Below are positions 1 to 9,633 of a DNA stretch of 64,000 nt, in pieces. A program made the position numbers and the translations under genes. Below the pieces are notes generated by a model. The model did not search any database, was not told the origin of the DNA, and worked only from the letters and a program-made list of their open reading frames with translations. The DNA is from Castellaniella defragrans (GTDB lineage: Bacteria; Pseudomonadota; Gammaproteobacteria; Burkholderiales; Burkholderiaceae_B), in NCBI RefSeq assembly GCF_040394755.1, contig NZ_JBEBRQ010000003.1. One strand, 5' to 3'. Position 1 is the first letter of the stretch; every line of letters starts with the position of its first letter.

Positions 1-72
1 CCCGTCTGGCACATGTTCATCCCCAATGTCGGGCAGGCTCTGTTCGATCAGGCCCAGGCCGAATTGAAATAA
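1..72 (+). CDS. 3' end of a CDS truncated by the window edge, product unknown
   Basis: Frame 1 is open from base 1 (PVWHMFIPNVGQALFDQAQAELK) to TAA at 70-72, followed by a GC hairpin (83-105) and the next + strand gene. Confidence 0.5.
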   Translation, partial: PVWHMFIPNVGQALFDQAQAELK

Positions 73-149
73 TTTCAACCCCGGGCGCCGCGCCTGGCGG
101 CGCCCTTCACCATCCCTCGGCCGCGCGCCACGGGATGCCCGGAGCCATC

Positions 150-1169
150 ATGAAACTCGCCACACTCAAGGACCAGACACGCGACGGCCAGTTGGTCGTG
201 GTCAGCCGCGACCTCACGCTTTGCGTCCCTGTCCCCGACATCGCCCCGACCCTGCAGGCCGCGCTGGACAATTGGGACGACTGCGCCCCAAGTCTGCGCG
301 AAGCCTACGACTGGATCAATGACGGCGGGGTGCCGGACGCCATACCTTTCGATCCCACCGCCTGCCACTCGCCGCTGCCGCGCGCCTACCAATGGGCCGA
401 CGGCTCGGCCTACCTGAACCACGTGGAACTGGTGCGCAAGGCGCGCAACAGCACCGTGCCCGAATCCTTTTTCAGCGACCCCCTCATGTACCAGGGCGGC
501 TCGGACGCCTTCATCGGACCGCGCGACCCCATCATCGCCGACAGCGAGGATTGGGGCATCGACATGGAGGCCGAGGTCGCCGTGATCACCGGCGATGTGC
601 CGATGGGCGCCAGCCTCGAGGACGCGGAACAGGCCATCCGCCTGGTCATGCTGGTCAACGACGTCTCGCTGCGGGGCCTGATTCCCGCCGAACTCGCCAA
701 GGGCTTCGGTTTCTTCCAGTCCAAGCCGGCCAGCGCCTTTTCGCCGGTTGCCGTCACCCCCGACGAATTGGGCACGCACTGGCGCGATGGCAAACTGCAC
801 CTGCCGCTGCTGGTCGAACTGAACGGCGAGCCCTTCGGCCGCCCCAATGCAGGCCAGGACATGACCTTCAGCCTGCCCCGGCTCATCGCCCATGCCGCGC
901 GCACCCGCCGCCTCGCGGCCGGCAGCATCATCGGCTCGGGCACCGTCTCGAACAAGCAAGGCGACCTGCATGGGTCCAGCATCCGCAACGGCGGGGTCGG
1001 ATACTGCTGCATCGCCGAGGTCCGCATGTACGAAACCATCGAGGACGGCAAGCCCGCCACGCCGTTCATGCGATTCGGCGACCGCGTCCGCATCCAGATG
1101 CTCGACGAGGCCGGCCAGGATGTCTTCGGCACGATCGATCAGGTCGTCCAACCCCGCCCAGGAGGCTGA
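150..1169 (+). CDS. Fumarylacetoacetate hydrolase family protein
   Basis: MKLATLKDQTRDG start after GGAG; FAH motifs IDMEAEVAVI, LVNDVSLR, FQSKPASAFSP, GSGTVSN; adjacent to maiA. Confidence 0.9.
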   Translation: MKLATLKDQTRDGQLVVVSRDLTLCVPVPDIAPTLQAALDNWDDCAPSLREAYDWINDGGVPDAIPFDPTACHSPLPRAYQWADGSAYLNHVELVRKARNSTVPESFFSDPLMYQGGSDAFIGPRDPIIADSEDWGIDMEAEVAVITGDVPMGASLEDAEQAIRLVMLVNDVSLRGLIPAELAKGFGFFQSKPASAFSPVAVTPDELGTHWRDGKLHLPLLVELNGEPFGRPNAGQDMTFSLPRLIAHAARTRRLAAGSIIGSGTVSNKQGDLHGSSIRNGGVGYCCIAEVRMYETIEDGKPATPFMRFGDRVRIQMLDEAGQDVFGTIDQVVQPRPGG

Positions 1170-1174
1170 AGCCC

Positions 1175-1822
1175 ATGTTCGAGCTCTACTCGTATTTCCG
1201 CAGCTCGGCGGCCTACCGGGTCCGCATCGCGCTGGGCCTCAAAGGGCTGAACTACACCACCGTGCCGGTGCATCTGCTGCGCGACGGCGGGGAACAGCTC
1301 TCCGCCCGCTACCTCGCCATCAACCCCGAGGGCCTGGTTCCCGCACTGGCCGACGGCTCCCAGATCATCACCCAATCCCTGGCGATCATCGAATATCTCG
1401 ATGAGGCCTACAGCCCGGCCAGCCTGCTGCCCCAGGCGCCGCTCGAGCGCGCACGGGTGCGCGCGCTCGCGCTGCACATTGCCTGCGACATCCATCCGCT
1501 GAACAATCTGCGCGTATTGCGCTACCTCTCGCACCAGGCTGGCCTCGGCCTGGAGGCGCGTAACGACTGGTACCGCCATTGGATCGTCACGGGCTTCCAG
1601 GCCCTGGAAAAACAGCTGGCGCACTCACCGGACACCGGCCTGTGCTGCCACGGCGACCAACCGGGGCTGGCGGATTGCTGCCTGATTCCCCAGGTGTTCA
1701 ACGCCCAGCGCTACGAGGTCGACCTCGGTCCGTTCCCGACCATCGCGCGCATCGCCACACACTGCGAAACCCACCCGGCCTTCCAGGCCGCGCATCCCGC
1801 ACGCCAGCCCGACGCGGAATGA
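1175..1822 (+). CDS. maiA: Maleylacetoacetate isomerase (GST zeta class)
   Basis: C-terminal part of ORF 392..1822; ATG at 1175 gives YSYFRSSAAYRVRIAL, the GST-zeta signature, and ending HPARQPDAE. Confidence 0.93.
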   Translation: MFELYSYFRSSAAYRVRIALGLKGLNYTTVPVHLLRDGGEQLSARYLAINPEGLVPALADGSQIITQSLAIIEYLDEAYSPASLLPQAPLERARVRALALHIACDIHPLNNLRVLRYLSHQAGLGLEARNDWYRHWIVTGFQALEKQLAHSPDTGLCCHGDQPGLADCCLIPQVFNAQRYEVDLGPFPTIARIATHCETHPAFQAAHPARQPDAE

Positions 1823-1916
1823 TCCGCACACCGGCACGATGCCGCCTGAGCCGAGGCAAAGGGGCGCCGTGCCGGTGACGCCTTTCAGCCACAGTTCCAT
1901 GCTTTTCGCGGAGATC

Positions 1917-1953
1917 AGGGTTTACCCCTATCTTTGGATTAGGGTTTACCCTA
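1917..1953. promoter_or_regulatory. Tandem near-palindromic operator-like sites AGGGTTTACCC(C)TA
   Basis: AGGGTTTACCCCTA at 1917-1930 and TAGGGTTTACCCTA at 1940-1953, 45 bp upstream of the ATG at 1998. Confidence 0.55.
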
Positions 1954-1997
1954 GAATGTCTCCATTGAAGGAACCCCCTTCAGACCAGGAGCAGCAT

Positions 1998-2225
1998 ATG
2001 AACTACGGCAATACACCGGCCCTTTTCTCCGATGCCCTGGAACGCGCCTACACTCAGGCCGTCATGGATGCATCGGGAACCGTGTCGATCAAAGACATGT
2101 TCCGCGCCATCGGGCGCGGCATCAAATACGTCGGCACGCGCATGGTCCACGCCTTCGGCGACATGACCTACGCGCAGGCCCAGGCCCGCGCACGCGACGC
2201 CCGGTATTCGCGGACGCAGTGGTGA
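1998..2225 (+). CDS. Small hypothetical protein (75 aa)
   Basis: AGGAG RBS before ATG at 1998; fills the gap between maiA and convergent dmpG. Confidence 0.7.
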   Translation: MNYGNTPALFSDALERAYTQAVMDASGTVSIKDMFRAIGRGIKYVGTRMVHAFGDMTYAQAQARARDARYSRTQW

Positions 2226-2249
2226 TCGGGTAGGGCTGCGGTACCAGGA

Positions 2250-3287
2250 TCAGGCTTCAGCGCGGCCAGTCCCGCCGCGCAACAGCGACAAGGCCGTATC
2301 CTCGATCATGTCCTCCTGACCGCCCACCATGCCGCGACGCCCCATCTCAACCAGAATGTCACGGGCGGGCACCCCATATTTCTGCTCGGCGCGCTTGGCA
2401 AACAACAGGAATGAACCATAGACCCCGGCGTAACCCAGCGTCAGGGCATCGCGATCGATGCGGATGGGAAAATCCATCATGGGCACGACGAGATCCTCGG
2501 CCACATCCTGGATCTTGAACACATCGATCCCTGTCTCGATATCCATCATATCGAGGACTGCCACCAGAACCTCCATCGGCGTATTGCCCGCACCGGCGCC
2601 CAGGCCCGCGCAGGCCGCATCAATACGATTCGCCCCCGCTTCGATGGCGGCAATACTATTGGCCACACCCATAGCCAGGTTGTGGTGACCGTGAAAGCCC
2701 AACTCCGTTTCAGGCTCGAGAGCATCGCGCACCGCCAGCAGGCGCTCACGCACCGTGCCCGGCAATAGATGGCCTGCCGAGTCCGTCACATAAATGCAAT
2801 TGGCGCCATAGCTTTCCATCAGCTTGGCCTGTCGGGCCAGGCCCTCCGGGCTATTCATGTGGCTCATCATCAGAAAGCCAACGGTATCCATGCCCAAACG
2901 GCGGGCCTCGGTAATGTGCTGCTGCGAAACATCCGCTTCAGTGCAATGGGTGGCGACACGAATAACATGCACACCCAGCCCATGCGCCATCCGCAAATGA
3001 TCCACCGTGCCGATCCCGGGCAACAGCAGGGCCGATACCTTGCTCTGCCTCAGCACGGACAGCACGGCCCCCAGATACTCCTCATCCGAATGAGCAGGAA
3101 AACCATAGTTGACCGACGCACCGCCCAGACCATCTCCGTGGGTGACTTCGATCAACGGCATACCCGCCTCATCCAGGCCCTTGGCCACAGCGCGCATCTG
3201 CTCCAGTGTGATCTGGTGCCGCTTGGGATGCATCCCATCGCGCAATGTCATGTCATGCAAGATGATTTTCTTGGCTGTCTGAGTCAC
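2250..3287 (-). CDS. dmpG: 4-hydroxy-2-oxovalerate aldolase
   Basis: [44 protein letters not shown] motifs; GTG start at 3287 after GAGG. Confidence 0.95.
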   Translation of the reverse strand: MTQTAKKIILHDMTLRDGMHPKRHQITLEQMRAVAKGLDEAGMPLIEVTHGDGLGGASVNYGFPAHSDEEYLGAVLSVLRQSKVSALLLPGIGTVDHLRMAHGLGVHVIRVATHCTEADVSQQHITEARRLGMDTVGFLMMSHMNSPEGLARQAKLMESYGANCIYVTDSAGHLLPGTVRERLLAVRDALEPETELGFHGHHNLAMGVANSIAAIEAGANRIDAACAGLGAGAGNTPMEVLVAVLDMMDIETGIDVFKIQDVAEDLVVPMMDFPIRIDRDALTLGYAGVYGSFLLFAKRAEQKYGVPARDILVEMGRRGMVGGQEDMIEDTALSLLRGGTGRAEA

Positions 3288-3297
3288 GATATACCCC

Positions 3298-4212
3298 TCA
3301 ACGCACGGCGGATGCGGCCACACCATTGGCCTGCAGGATGTGCCTGGCCATCAGCTCGGCAGTACGCGCCGCGGCAGCCGTCATGATGTCCAGGTTGCCG
3401 GAATACTTCGGCAGATAGTCGCCCAGGCCTTCGATCTCCAGGTAGATCGAAACGCGCTTGCCGTCAAACACCGGGCCATTGACCAGGCGATAGCCGGGCA
3501 CGTACTCACGCATCTGTTCGAGCATCCGCTGGATCGATTCGGCAATCGCCGTCCGGTCGGGTTCCGTTTCAGTCAGGCAATGCACCGTATCGCGCATGAT
3601 GATGGGCGGTTCGGCCGGATTCAGGATGATGATGGCCTTGCCAACCTTGGCACCGCCCACCTTTTCGACGGCGCCGGCCGTCGTGCGCGTGAATTCATCG
3701 ATATTTTTGCGCGTCCCGGGGCCAGCCGAACGCGAGGACACCGTGGCCACGATTTCACCGTAGGCGACGGGCTGTACACGCGAGACCGCATACACCATTG
3801 GAATGGTTGCCTGTCCACCGCAGGTCACCATATTGACGTTGCGCTCATCCCGGCCCGCCAGGGCAGTCAGATTGACCGGCGGCACGCAAAATGGTCCGAT
3901 GGCTGCGGGCGTCAGATCAATCATGCGCACGCCCAGTGCGGTAAGTTTGTCCGAATTTTCCTGGTGCACGTAGGCGCTGGTCGCATCGAAAGCAAAGCGG
4001 ATATCGTCCTCGACGACGTGGGGCAACAGGCCATCCACACCCTGATCAGTGGTCTTCAATCCCAATTCCCGGGCCCGCTTCAGGCCATCGGACTGCGGAT
4101 CGACCCCAACCATCCATAGCGGCTCTATCCAGTCGCTGCGCATCAACTTGGCCAGCAGATCGGTACCGATATTGCCTGGGCCAATGATCGCGGCCCGCAA
4201 TTTGTTTGCCAT
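3298..4212 (-). CDS. dmpF: Acetaldehyde dehydrogenase (acylating)
   Basis: [46 protein letters not shown]; paired with dmpG. Confidence 0.95.
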   Translation of the reverse strand: MANKLRAAIIGPGNIGTDLLAKLMRSDWIEPLWMVGVDPQSDGLKRARELGLKTTDQGVDGLLPHVVEDDIRFAFDATSAYVHQENSDKLTALGVRMIDLTPAAIGPFCVPPVNLTALAGRDERNVNMVTCGGQATIPMVYAVSRVQPVAYGEIVATVSSRSAGPGTRKNIDEFTRTTAGAVEKVGGAKVGKAIIILNPAEPPIIMRDTVHCLTETEPDRTAIAESIQRMLEQMREYVPGYRLVNGPVFDGKRVSIYLEIEGLGDYLPKYSGNLDIMTAAAARTAELMARHILQANGVAASAVR

Positions 4213-4261
4213 GATGAACTCCTAAGGTCTCGAGCGTGAAAATGGGGTCATAGGAGCACGC

Positions 4262-5548
4262 TCATTTACCCATGAGACTGAGTGGCGCCAATGAAAGTGG
4301 CGGTACGTAAGTGATCAGCAACAACACCGCCAGCATCGATACGATGAAGGCCATGGCGCCCGCGGCGGCCTTCTCGAGGCTGATCCCCGCAAGACGGGCC
4401 CCGACGAACAGATTCACGCCAACCGGCGGCGTCACCATGCCGATGGCCAGATTGACGATGACGACGATGCCGAAATGGACCGCATCCACACCGACGGCCA
4501 GCACGACCGGCAGAAGGATCGGCGTCAGGATGATGATGGCCGCCAGGGTTTCCATGAACATCCCGACGAACAGCAGCAGCACGTTGATCAGCAGCAGAAT
4601 CAAGACATGGTTGTCGGTCAGGCTCACCATGGCCTCGGCGATCATGACCGGGATGCGCTCGATGGTCAGGACCCGGCCAAAGATCGTCGCCGTGCCCACG
4701 ATCATCACCACAGTCGCGGAGGTCAGCGCCGAATCCGCGATCACGCGGTACAAATCCCGGAAGCTCAATTCCCGGTGGACGAACACGCCCACGATCAAGC
4801 CATAGATCACGCCGACAGCGGCGGCCTCTGTCGGCGTGAACACACCGCCATAGATTCCGCCCAGAATGATCAATGGGACCAGCAGCGCCCATTTGGCATC
4901 CCAGACCGTCGCCCAGATCTCGCGGGCTGTATAGCGCCTGTCATCGCCCTTGTAGCCGCGCCTGCGCGCGCTGAACCAGGCCACCATGATCAGGCTGACG
5001 CCCACCAGGATACCGGGGATGATGCCCGCCAGGAACATTTGCGTAATCGACACATTGGCCGATACCGCATAAATGATCATGGGAATGCTCGGTGGAATAA
5101 TGATGCCGATACTGCCTGCGGAGGCGAGCAGGCCCACCGACCAGCCCCTGTCATAGCCCGCCTTGGACATGGCCGGCAGCATGATGCCGCCGATGGCCGC
5201 TACGGTCGCCGGCCCCGAGCCCGAAATCGCCGCGAAGAACATGCAGGTGACCACCGCGATGATGGCCAGCCCGCCGGTGTAGCGGCCAAAGAACACAGCG
5301 CCCACATTGAGCAGCCGGCGCGACAGGCCGCCATGGCCCATCAGATCACCGGCCAGGATGAAGAAGGGCACCGCCATCAACGGAAACGAGTCGATCGAAG
5401 TCACCAGGCCCTGGGCAATGAAGCTGCTGCTGACCTTGCCGCTATACAGCAGCGCCAGCGCCGAAGCCAGGCCCAGTCCGATCGCCACTGGGACCGCGGC
5501 GATCAACAGCGCAAGAAAACAGCCGAAAAGCAGGAGCGAAACCATCAT
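4262..5548 (-). CDS. dctM: TRAP transporter large permease
   Basis: Polytopic; FAAISGSGPAT, IIPPSIPMIIY, TPPVGVNLF motifs. Confidence 0.93.
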   Translation of the reverse strand: MMVSLLLFGCFLALLIAAVPVAIGLGLASALALLYSGKVSSSFIAQGLVTSIDSFPLMAVPFFILAGDLMGHGGLSRRLLNVGAVFFGRYTGGLAIIAVVTCMFFAAISGSGPATVAAIGGIMLPAMSKAGYDRGWSVGLLASAGSIGIIIPPSIPMIIYAVSANVSITQMFLAGIIPGILVGVSLIMVAWFSARRRGYKGDDRRYTAREIWATVWDAKWALLVPLIILGGIYGGVFTPTEAAAVGVIYGLIVGVFVHRELSFRDLYRVIADSALTSATVVMIVGTATIFGRVLTIERIPVMIAEAMVSLTDNHVLILLLINVLLLFVGMFMETLAAIIILTPILLPVVLAVGVDAVHFGIVVIVNLAIGMVTPPVGVNLFVGARLAGISLEKAAAGAMAFIVSMLAVLLLITYVPPLSLAPLSLMGK

Positions 5549-6024
5549 CAGCCCTCCTGGCGCAGGCTGCGCGCCTCAAGCACGATCTCCTGAGCCAGGC
5601 GCCAGAGCACGAGCGCAAAGCCCACCGTGGGCGCCATGTAGATCCAACCCATGGGCAATCCCATGGACGAAGATTTCTGACCGAAACCGAAGATCTTCAT
5701 CGACAGCGCATAGCCTTCCTTCATGACCAGCAACGCAAAAACGCCGAACACGAGATAGGCGAAAATATTGAGGTAATGCCGGCCGCGGGAGGGCAGACGC
5801 TCGCTGAGCGCCGTCACACAGATGTGTGCCTTGCGCTTGACGCCATAACTGACGCCGATATAAGTCGCCCAGATGAAACAGTAGCGTGCCAATTCCTCAG
5901 ACCAAGTCAGGGAATCATGCATGACATAGCGCATGAAAACCTGCGCACCAATCAGCAAGGACATCAGCGACAGGAGGAAGACGAGCAGCCCCTCCTCAAG
6001 ATGATCATCGATCAGCTTGATCAT
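5548..6024 (-). CDS. dctQ: TRAP transporter small permease
   Basis: 4 TM helices, WSEELARY motif, coupled to dctM. Confidence 0.92.
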   Translation of the reverse strand: MIKLIDDHLEEGLLVFLLSLMSLLIGAQVFMRYVMHDSLTWSEELARYCFIWATYIGVSYGVKRKAHICVTALSERLPSRGRHYLNIFAYLVFGVFALLVMKEGYALSMKIFGFGQKSSSMGLPMGWIYMAPTVGFALVLWRLAQEIVLEARSLRQEG

Positions 6025-6133
6025 GATTGCTTTCCCGGTATGCGCCCAGAGATATCCCGGGCGTGCTCAGTGAACATGGCCAGCAGCGGGCCGCCGGGCA
6101 CAGGACCCGGCGCGCACGCTGCGGCGTCAGGAT

Positions 6134-7147
6134 TCAACCGTTGACTTCGGCCAGGATGGCATCCACGACCTGCGGTCCGATCTTTTTCTTGACCATCTCG
6201 TGAATCGGCCCCATGCGCTCGCCGAACGCGGCCAGTTCCTCGGGTGTCAGGTCGATGATCTGGACATCGGTCATCGCAGCGGCCGCCTTATCATCAGCCT
6301 GCTGTGCCAGACCACGCTGGTAGCGTGTGGTGTCACGCGCGACATCATCCAGAACCGCCCGATCCTCGGCGCTCAAACCATTGTAGACATCTGGATTGAT
6401 CAGCAGAGGCCACGGCGAATAGACATGATTCGTGCGAGAAATGAATTTCTGAACCTCGTAGAACTTCATGTCGTAGAACAGGTTGATGGGGCCTTCCTGG
6501 GCATCGAACGTGCCCTGCTGCAAGGCAGTGAACAACTCACCAAAAGCCAGCGGCGCAGGATTGGCGCCTTCGGCCTTCCAGGCTGCAATATGGACCTCAT
6601 TTTCCATGGTCCGCATTTTCATGCCCTCCAGATCCTTGGGGCTGCGGATCGGATGGCGATTGTTGGTCAACTGGCGAAACCCGTTTTCCCAATAGGCCAG
6701 CCCCTTGATACCAACCTTGTCCAGGCTGGTCAGCAAACCCTTGCCAATTTCACCGTCCAGCACGCGGTACACACCTTCGCGGTCCTTGAACATGAAAGGA
6801 ATGTCCAGCGCGAAGAACTCAGGATTGAAGGCGCCCAGGACGGCTGACGAAACAAAGCACAGGTCGACGTTGCCGAGCTGGATGCTCTCGACCAGTTCGC
6901 GCTCGCTACCCAGTTGGGAATTCGGGAAAATTTGCAAAGTGACCCGGCCCTGGGTTTTGTCCTCGAGCTGCTTGGCCATGTATTCCAGGGCCAGGTGCCC
7001 GGTATTGCTCGTCGAAGCCGCGTGGCCGGCCTTCAGCACTGTCTGCGCAGCGGCTGGTGCTGCGGCGCAGATAGCCAACGCCGCCAGGCTCGGGGCCAGG
7101 AAAGTGCGACAGGCAAGGCGGCAGGCGATCGTCTTGAATAATGTCAT
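6134..7147 (-). CDS. dctP: TRAP substrate-binding protein
   Basis: Signal peptide, FPNSQLGSERE, ENGFRQLT, GMKMRTM, ALQQGTFDAQEGP; ATG at 7147 after GGAG. Confidence 0.93.
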   Translation of the reverse strand: MTLFKTIACRLACRTFLAPSLAALAICAAAPAAAQTVLKAGHAASTSNTGHLALEYMAKQLEDKTQGRVTLQIFPNSQLGSERELVESIQLGNVDLCFVSSAVLGAFNPEFFALDIPFMFKDREGVYRVLDGEIGKGLLTSLDKVGIKGLAYWENGFRQLTNNRHPIRSPKDLEGMKMRTMENEVHIAAWKAEGANPAPLAFGELFTALQQGTFDAQEGPINLFYDMKFYEVQKFISRTNHVYSPWPLLINPDVYNGLSAEDRAVLDDVARDTTRYQRGLAQQADDKAAAAMTDVQIIDLTPEELAAFGERMGPIHEMVKKKIGPQVVDAILAEVNG

Positions 7148-7274
7148 GTCTGCTCCGTAAGAAAGTGGGATCGATGGCGCCGTCCCGAGAGGACTACCGG
7201 GCGCGCTTCTGGTTTTTCGATCGGCTGTAAACCGATAACGAATTGTATATTGGTGATAAAATTTTTTCAATTAA

Positions 7275-7299
7275 TGAGATTAGTTCTCACATATTGAGA
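7275..7299. promoter_or_regulatory. Candidate IclR operator in the divergent dctP / oxidoreductase promoter
   Basis: TGAGA-N5-TCTCA-N5-TGAGA alternating half-sites in an AT-rich intergenic region. Confidence 0.4.
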
Positions 7300-7313
7300 T
7301 AATAGGAGGCGCC

Positions 7314-8732
7314 ATGAATGCATTTGCTCCTTTTCCAGCCCCTGACGAACAGCTTGCCCAGCGCTTGCGCACGGCCCTGGGCGACGATTCGATCCGCACC
7401 GGCACCCACATCAGCGACAAATACCTGGGAGACTGGAGCGGAGAAAAGGGCGGCAGGCCGGCCATTCTGGCCCTGCCGCGCAATACTGACGAAGTGTCCA
7501 GAATCCTCGGCATCTGCCATGCCGCTCACCACCCGGTCGTACCGCAAGGCGGCCTGACGGGGCTGGCAGGCGGCGCCGTCCCGCAAGAAGGGGCTGTAGC
7601 GCTGTCTCTGGAACGCATGAACGGCATTGTCGAACTGGATGCCGATTCAGCCACGGTCACCGTCCTGGCGGGCACACCACTACAAACAATCCAGGAGGCT
7701 GCCGCCGCCGAGGGTTTTCTGTGCGGCCTGGATCTGGGCGCGCGCGGCTCATGCCAGATTGGCGGCAACATCTCCACCAATGCCGGCGGCAACCGCGTCA
7801 TCCGCTACGGCATGACCCGGGATCTCGTACTCGGCCTCGAGGTCGTACTACCCGACGGCACTGTCCTGCCGATGATGAACAAGATGAGCAAGAACAACAC
7901 AGGTCCCGACCTGAAGCAGCTATTCATCGGCGCCGAAGGCACACTGGGAATCGTGACGCGCGCCGTGTTGCGCTTGCATCCCGGCATATCCGGCGCCAAC
8001 ACGGCGCTGGTGGCCCTGGGCAGCTTCGACGATGCCCTGAAGCTGCTGCGCCATGCGCGCCAATCCTTGTCTGGCCTGGTCAGCGCCTTCGAACTCATGT
8101 GGGCCGACTACTATCGGACAGCGATCGCCGAAAGCAACGCACGCGCGCCTCTGGCGGCGGACTATCCTCTCTATGTCCTGATGGATATGCAAAGCGCCCA
8201 CCCCGAGGAAAACGCAGCACGCTTCGAGGCAATGCTCGAACACGCGCTATCCGAAGGCTGGGCGCGAGACGTCGCCATCGCGCAGTCCCACGCAGATGCT
8301 GAGAATTTCTGGGCGCTGCGCGACGGCGTCGGCGAAATGCTGCGGGCTCTGGCACCGACCATCAATTTTGACGTGTCAGTTCCGGTTTCGAGTATCGGCC
8401 TGTGCGTCCAGCGCATGCGCAATGCCATGGAATCCGGGTTCCCCGGCATCCGGCACATGTATTTCGGTCACATCGCCGATGGCAATGTGCACATCGTCGT
8501 CGGCCCGCTGCCACAAGATGAGGGCCATACCGGGCATGAAATCGAACGCGCCTTTTATGCCATCGTGCGCGACCTGTCTGGTTCTGTCTCGGCCGAACAC
8601 GGCATCGGCCTGCACAAGCGCCCCTGGCTGGCATACAGCCGCAGCCCAGCGGAAATTCATCTGATCCGGATACTGAAGCAAGCCCTTGACCCGCACGGCA
8701 TCATGAATCCCGGCAAGATCATCACCACCTGA
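7314..8732 (+). CDS. FAD-binding oxidoreductase, D-2-hydroxyacid dehydrogenase (GlcD/D2HGDH) family
   Basis: PQGGLTGLAGG, GGNISTNAGG, LFIGAEGTLGIVT, FGHIADGNVH, SAEHGIG, MNPGKI. Confidence 0.92.
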   Translation: MNAFAPFPAPDEQLAQRLRTALGDDSIRTGTHISDKYLGDWSGEKGGRPAILALPRNTDEVSRILGICHAAHHPVVPQGGLTGLAGGAVPQEGAVALSLERMNGIVELDADSATVTVLAGTPLQTIQEAAAAEGFLCGLDLGARGSCQIGGNISTNAGGNRVIRYGMTRDLVLGLEVVLPDGTVLPMMNKMSKNNTGPDLKQLFIGAEGTLGIVTRAVLRLHPGISGANTALVALGSFDDALKLLRHARQSLSGLVSAFELMWADYYRTAIAESNARAPLAADYPLYVLMDMQSAHPEENAARFEAMLEHALSEGWARDVAIAQSHADAENFWALRDGVGEMLRALAPTINFDVSVPVSSIGLCVQRMRNAMESGFPGIRHMYFGHIADGNVHIVVGPLPQDEGHTGHEIERAFYAIVRDLSGSVSAEHGIGLHKRPWLAYSRSPAEIHLIRILKQALDPHGIMNPGKIITT

Positions 8733-8747
8733 ATGGCGGGTGCTGGA

Positions 8748-9503
8748 TCAGCCGCCCAGCTCGATGCTGATCTGGCGGGCTGCCTCCATCACCACAGGGA
8801 CGAGACTCCGCATACGCTCGGGCGGCATATAGTCCACCGTGCTGGAAACGCTGACGGCCGCGACGATCCGCTGACTGGCATCGCGGATAGGCGCCGCCAC
8901 ACAGCGGATCGACTGCTCATCCTCGCCCAGGTCATAGGCATAACCCCCGGCCGCATATTCCCGCATCCGCGCCAGCCAATCCTCCCGGGAAACAGGCTGG
9001 CTGAACAGACTTGCATCGGCATCGTACAACGCCCCCCAGGATTGCTCAGTGCCATCCAGCAGCAGCGCTTTGCCCACACCCGTGGAAATCAGGGGCTTGG
9101 AACCGCCAATACGTGAACTGATCTCGACGGGCCGGCGGCTGGCAATTTTATCCAGATAGAGCACCAGACCCAGCTCCAGACATGCCAAGTGGACCGTATC
9201 CGAGGTCTGCTGCGCAAGACGCTCAAGAATCGGCCGGGCAACGGGCGTCAAATCAACCTGCGCATAAGCCCGGAATCCCAACGCCAGCATTTTGCTGCCC
9301 AGACGATACCCCTTGCCAGGCACACGCTTGAGGTACTGTCGCGCCTGCAACACCGACACGATGCGATGCGCCGTGCTGTAGGTCATACCGGTGCGATCAG
9401 CAATCACCGCAATGTCTTTCGCGCCGCCTTGCGACACAGCCTCGATCACCTCCAGCCCGCGCACCAGTGTCTGGCTTGCCGTCGTGTGCTTGGACGTCGC
9501 CAT
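8748..9503 (-). CDS. IclR family transcriptional regulator
   Basis: N-terminal HTH (QTLVRGLEVIE...STAHRIV), TGVGKALL, RCVAAPI, AAVSVS. Confidence 0.92.
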   Translation of the reverse strand: MATSKHTTASQTLVRGLEVIEAVSQGGAKDIAVIADRTGMTYSTAHRIVSVLQARQYLKRVPGKGYRLGSKMLALGFRAYAQVDLTPVARPILERLAQQTSDTVHLACLELGLVLYLDKIASRRPVEISSRIGGSKPLISTGVGKALLLDGTEQSWGALYDADASLFSQPVSREDWLARMREYAAGGYAYDLGEDEQSIRCVAAPIRDASQRIVAAVSVSSTVDYMPPERMRSLVPVVMEAARQISIELGG

Positions 9504-9633
9504 CTCTCTATCATCCTTCATGATGCATCCATCGTACGGCATCGATCTTCCCGCCCCGATGCCAGACGCAACGGGTCAACCATTCTACGGTATTCGATCG
9601 GTTCCCCAGTCAGGCAACGACCAGTGCAGACTC

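Noticed and set aside
83-105. GC hairpin as an intrinsic terminator
   Set aside because: 9-bp stem but only two T residues follow, between co-oriented genes; more likely an mRNA stability element.
392-1174. N-terminal extension of maiA
   Set aside because: Out-of-frame read-through of the FAH gene; the GST-zeta motif begins at ATG 1175.
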